This document shows, piece after piece, positions 62,477 through 64,000 of a stretch of DNA of 64,000 bases. The stretch spans positions 95,728,001 to 95,792,000 of the forward strand of contig NC_042998.1 of the NCBI RefSeq assembly GCF_006345805.1. Direction: 5' to 3'. Within the stretch, counting starts at the first letter, position 1. Every line of letters begins with the position of its first letter. The notes beneath the pieces were generated by a model. That model saw nothing but the letters and a program-made list of their open reading frames with translations. It ran no database searches and was not told the DNA's origin. The translations under genes were made by a program, and so were the position numbers. Source of the DNA: Octopus sinensis (Eukaryota).

Positions 62477-64000
62477 CCCTCCCCCTCCTCTCTCTCTTCG
62501 CCGCGTGTCCCCCTCCTCCTTCCCTCTTCCTTGCCTATAAAACAAAATTCCTTTACACGTGGTCACCACTATTGAAAAGACTGCCTCCACGCGCTGCTAC
62601 TACACTTTCGTCCTTGCCAGCAAAAAGGCTTCTTCGTTCGTCCCCTTGTGTGGTTAATTTCCTGTATAGTATTCTTGTTATTTTCTCGTTTTGTAACTAA
62701 TTGTACTTTTTGTACATGTATTTTTATTTTTGCAGTTTTATTGTTTGTCTATGCCAGAAAAAAGGCTTTTTCGTTCGTCCTCTTGTTTTTGTTTTTGTAC
62801 ATGTTTTTAATTTTGCAGTCTTATTGTTACGTCTTGTTTGTGTTCGTACTCATTGTGCCCCGCTGCTTGAAATTTTATTTTAATTCTCTCGCAGGAAGGC
62901 CTATTGGATTAGTGTTCGTTGTATGCCTTCGAAACATGCCTGACTCCTCTAGCGACAGCTGATGACGGGGGTTTTGTCCTTGTGTAACCTGTCCTGTATG
63001 GTTTTTCGTTTTCCGTTTTCTTGTTTTTGTTTTTTGGCTTTTTCTGTTTCTACGTCTTATTGTGATGTCCTGTACTTCCGTATAATTATTTATATATGCA
63101 TGTATATATACATGTAGATGTAGGTACGTACATATATGTTTGTATGTATGCATATATTTTTATTTATCTCCTTATTGTCTGACAGCGCCCCGCCCATCAG
63201 GTTCGTTCCGATTCGTCGTTTCGATCCACTTCTTGGTCCCCTTTTTTTTTTTATATTAATATTATTATATTGAAGATGCGGTACTCTCTCCCTTTGCTTT
63301 AACCTCTTCAATCTTTCTCCCTCCCCCCCCCTCTCTCTCTCTTCGCCGCGTGTCCCCCTCCTCCTTCCCTCTTCCTTGCCTATAAAACAAAATTCCTTTA
63401 CACGTGGTCACCACTATTGAAAAGACTGCCTCCACGCGCTGCTACTACACTTTCGTCCTTGCCAGCAAAAAGGCTTCTTCGTTCGTCCCCTTGTGTGGTT
63501 AATTTCCTGTATAGTATTCTTGTTATTTTCTCGTTTTGTAACTATTGTACTTTTTGTACATGTATTTTTATTTTTGCAGTTTTATTGTTTGTCTATGCCA
63601 GAAAAAAGGCTTTTTCGTTCGTCCTCTTGTTTTTTTTTGTACATGTATTTTAATTTTGCAGTCTATTGTTACGTCTTGTTTGTGTCGTACTCATTGTGCC
63701 CCGCTGCTTGAAATTTTATTTTAATTCTCTCGCAGGAAGGCCTATTGGATTAGTGTTCTGTTATGCCTTCGAAACATGCCTGACTCTCTCTAGCGACAGC
63801 TGATGACGGGGGTTTTGTCCTTGTGTAACCTGTCCTGTATTTGGTTTTCGTTTTCCGTTTTCTTTTTTTTTGTTTTTTGGCTTTTTCTGTTTCTACGTCT
63901 TATTGTGATGTCCTGTACTTCCGTATAATTATTTATATATGCAGGTATATATACATGTAGATGTAGGTACGTACATATATGTTTGTATGTATGCATATAT
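62477..64000. repeat. Tandem direct repeat with an 845-bp period, running off the window end
   Basis: cttcgccgcgtgtcccc at 62496 and 63341. Near-identical apart from small indels. Confidence 0.92.

Overview
AT-rich, repeat-dense animal genomic DNA. The SINE families and extreme (TA)n/(TATG)n load point to a coleoid cephalopod, most likely Octopus (inference). There is one supportable protein-coding gene, a + strand innexin of about 419 aa (coding exons 31335-31683 and 34075-34983). Its start codon appears split AT|G across a 13.2-kb intron from an exon ending at 18160, and a multi-kb 3'UTR probably follows. The rest is SINEs, MITEs (Tc1/mariner, hAT, piggyBac), decayed LINEs (HERO, R4/Dong, RTE, CR1-group), two dead Tc1/mariner transposases and microsatellites. 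The most striking unannotated feature is a ~487-bp tandem array at 3071-6402 in which every monomer carries a type I hammerhead ribozyme fold and many G-U-compensated hairpins. This is a candidate non-LTR retrozyme (self-cleaving circular RNA) locus, arranged as a ~1.6-kb-arm palindrome. Several Penelope-like hammerhead relics elsewhere show the same divergent inverted architecture. All calls are by eye; nothing was computed or searched.
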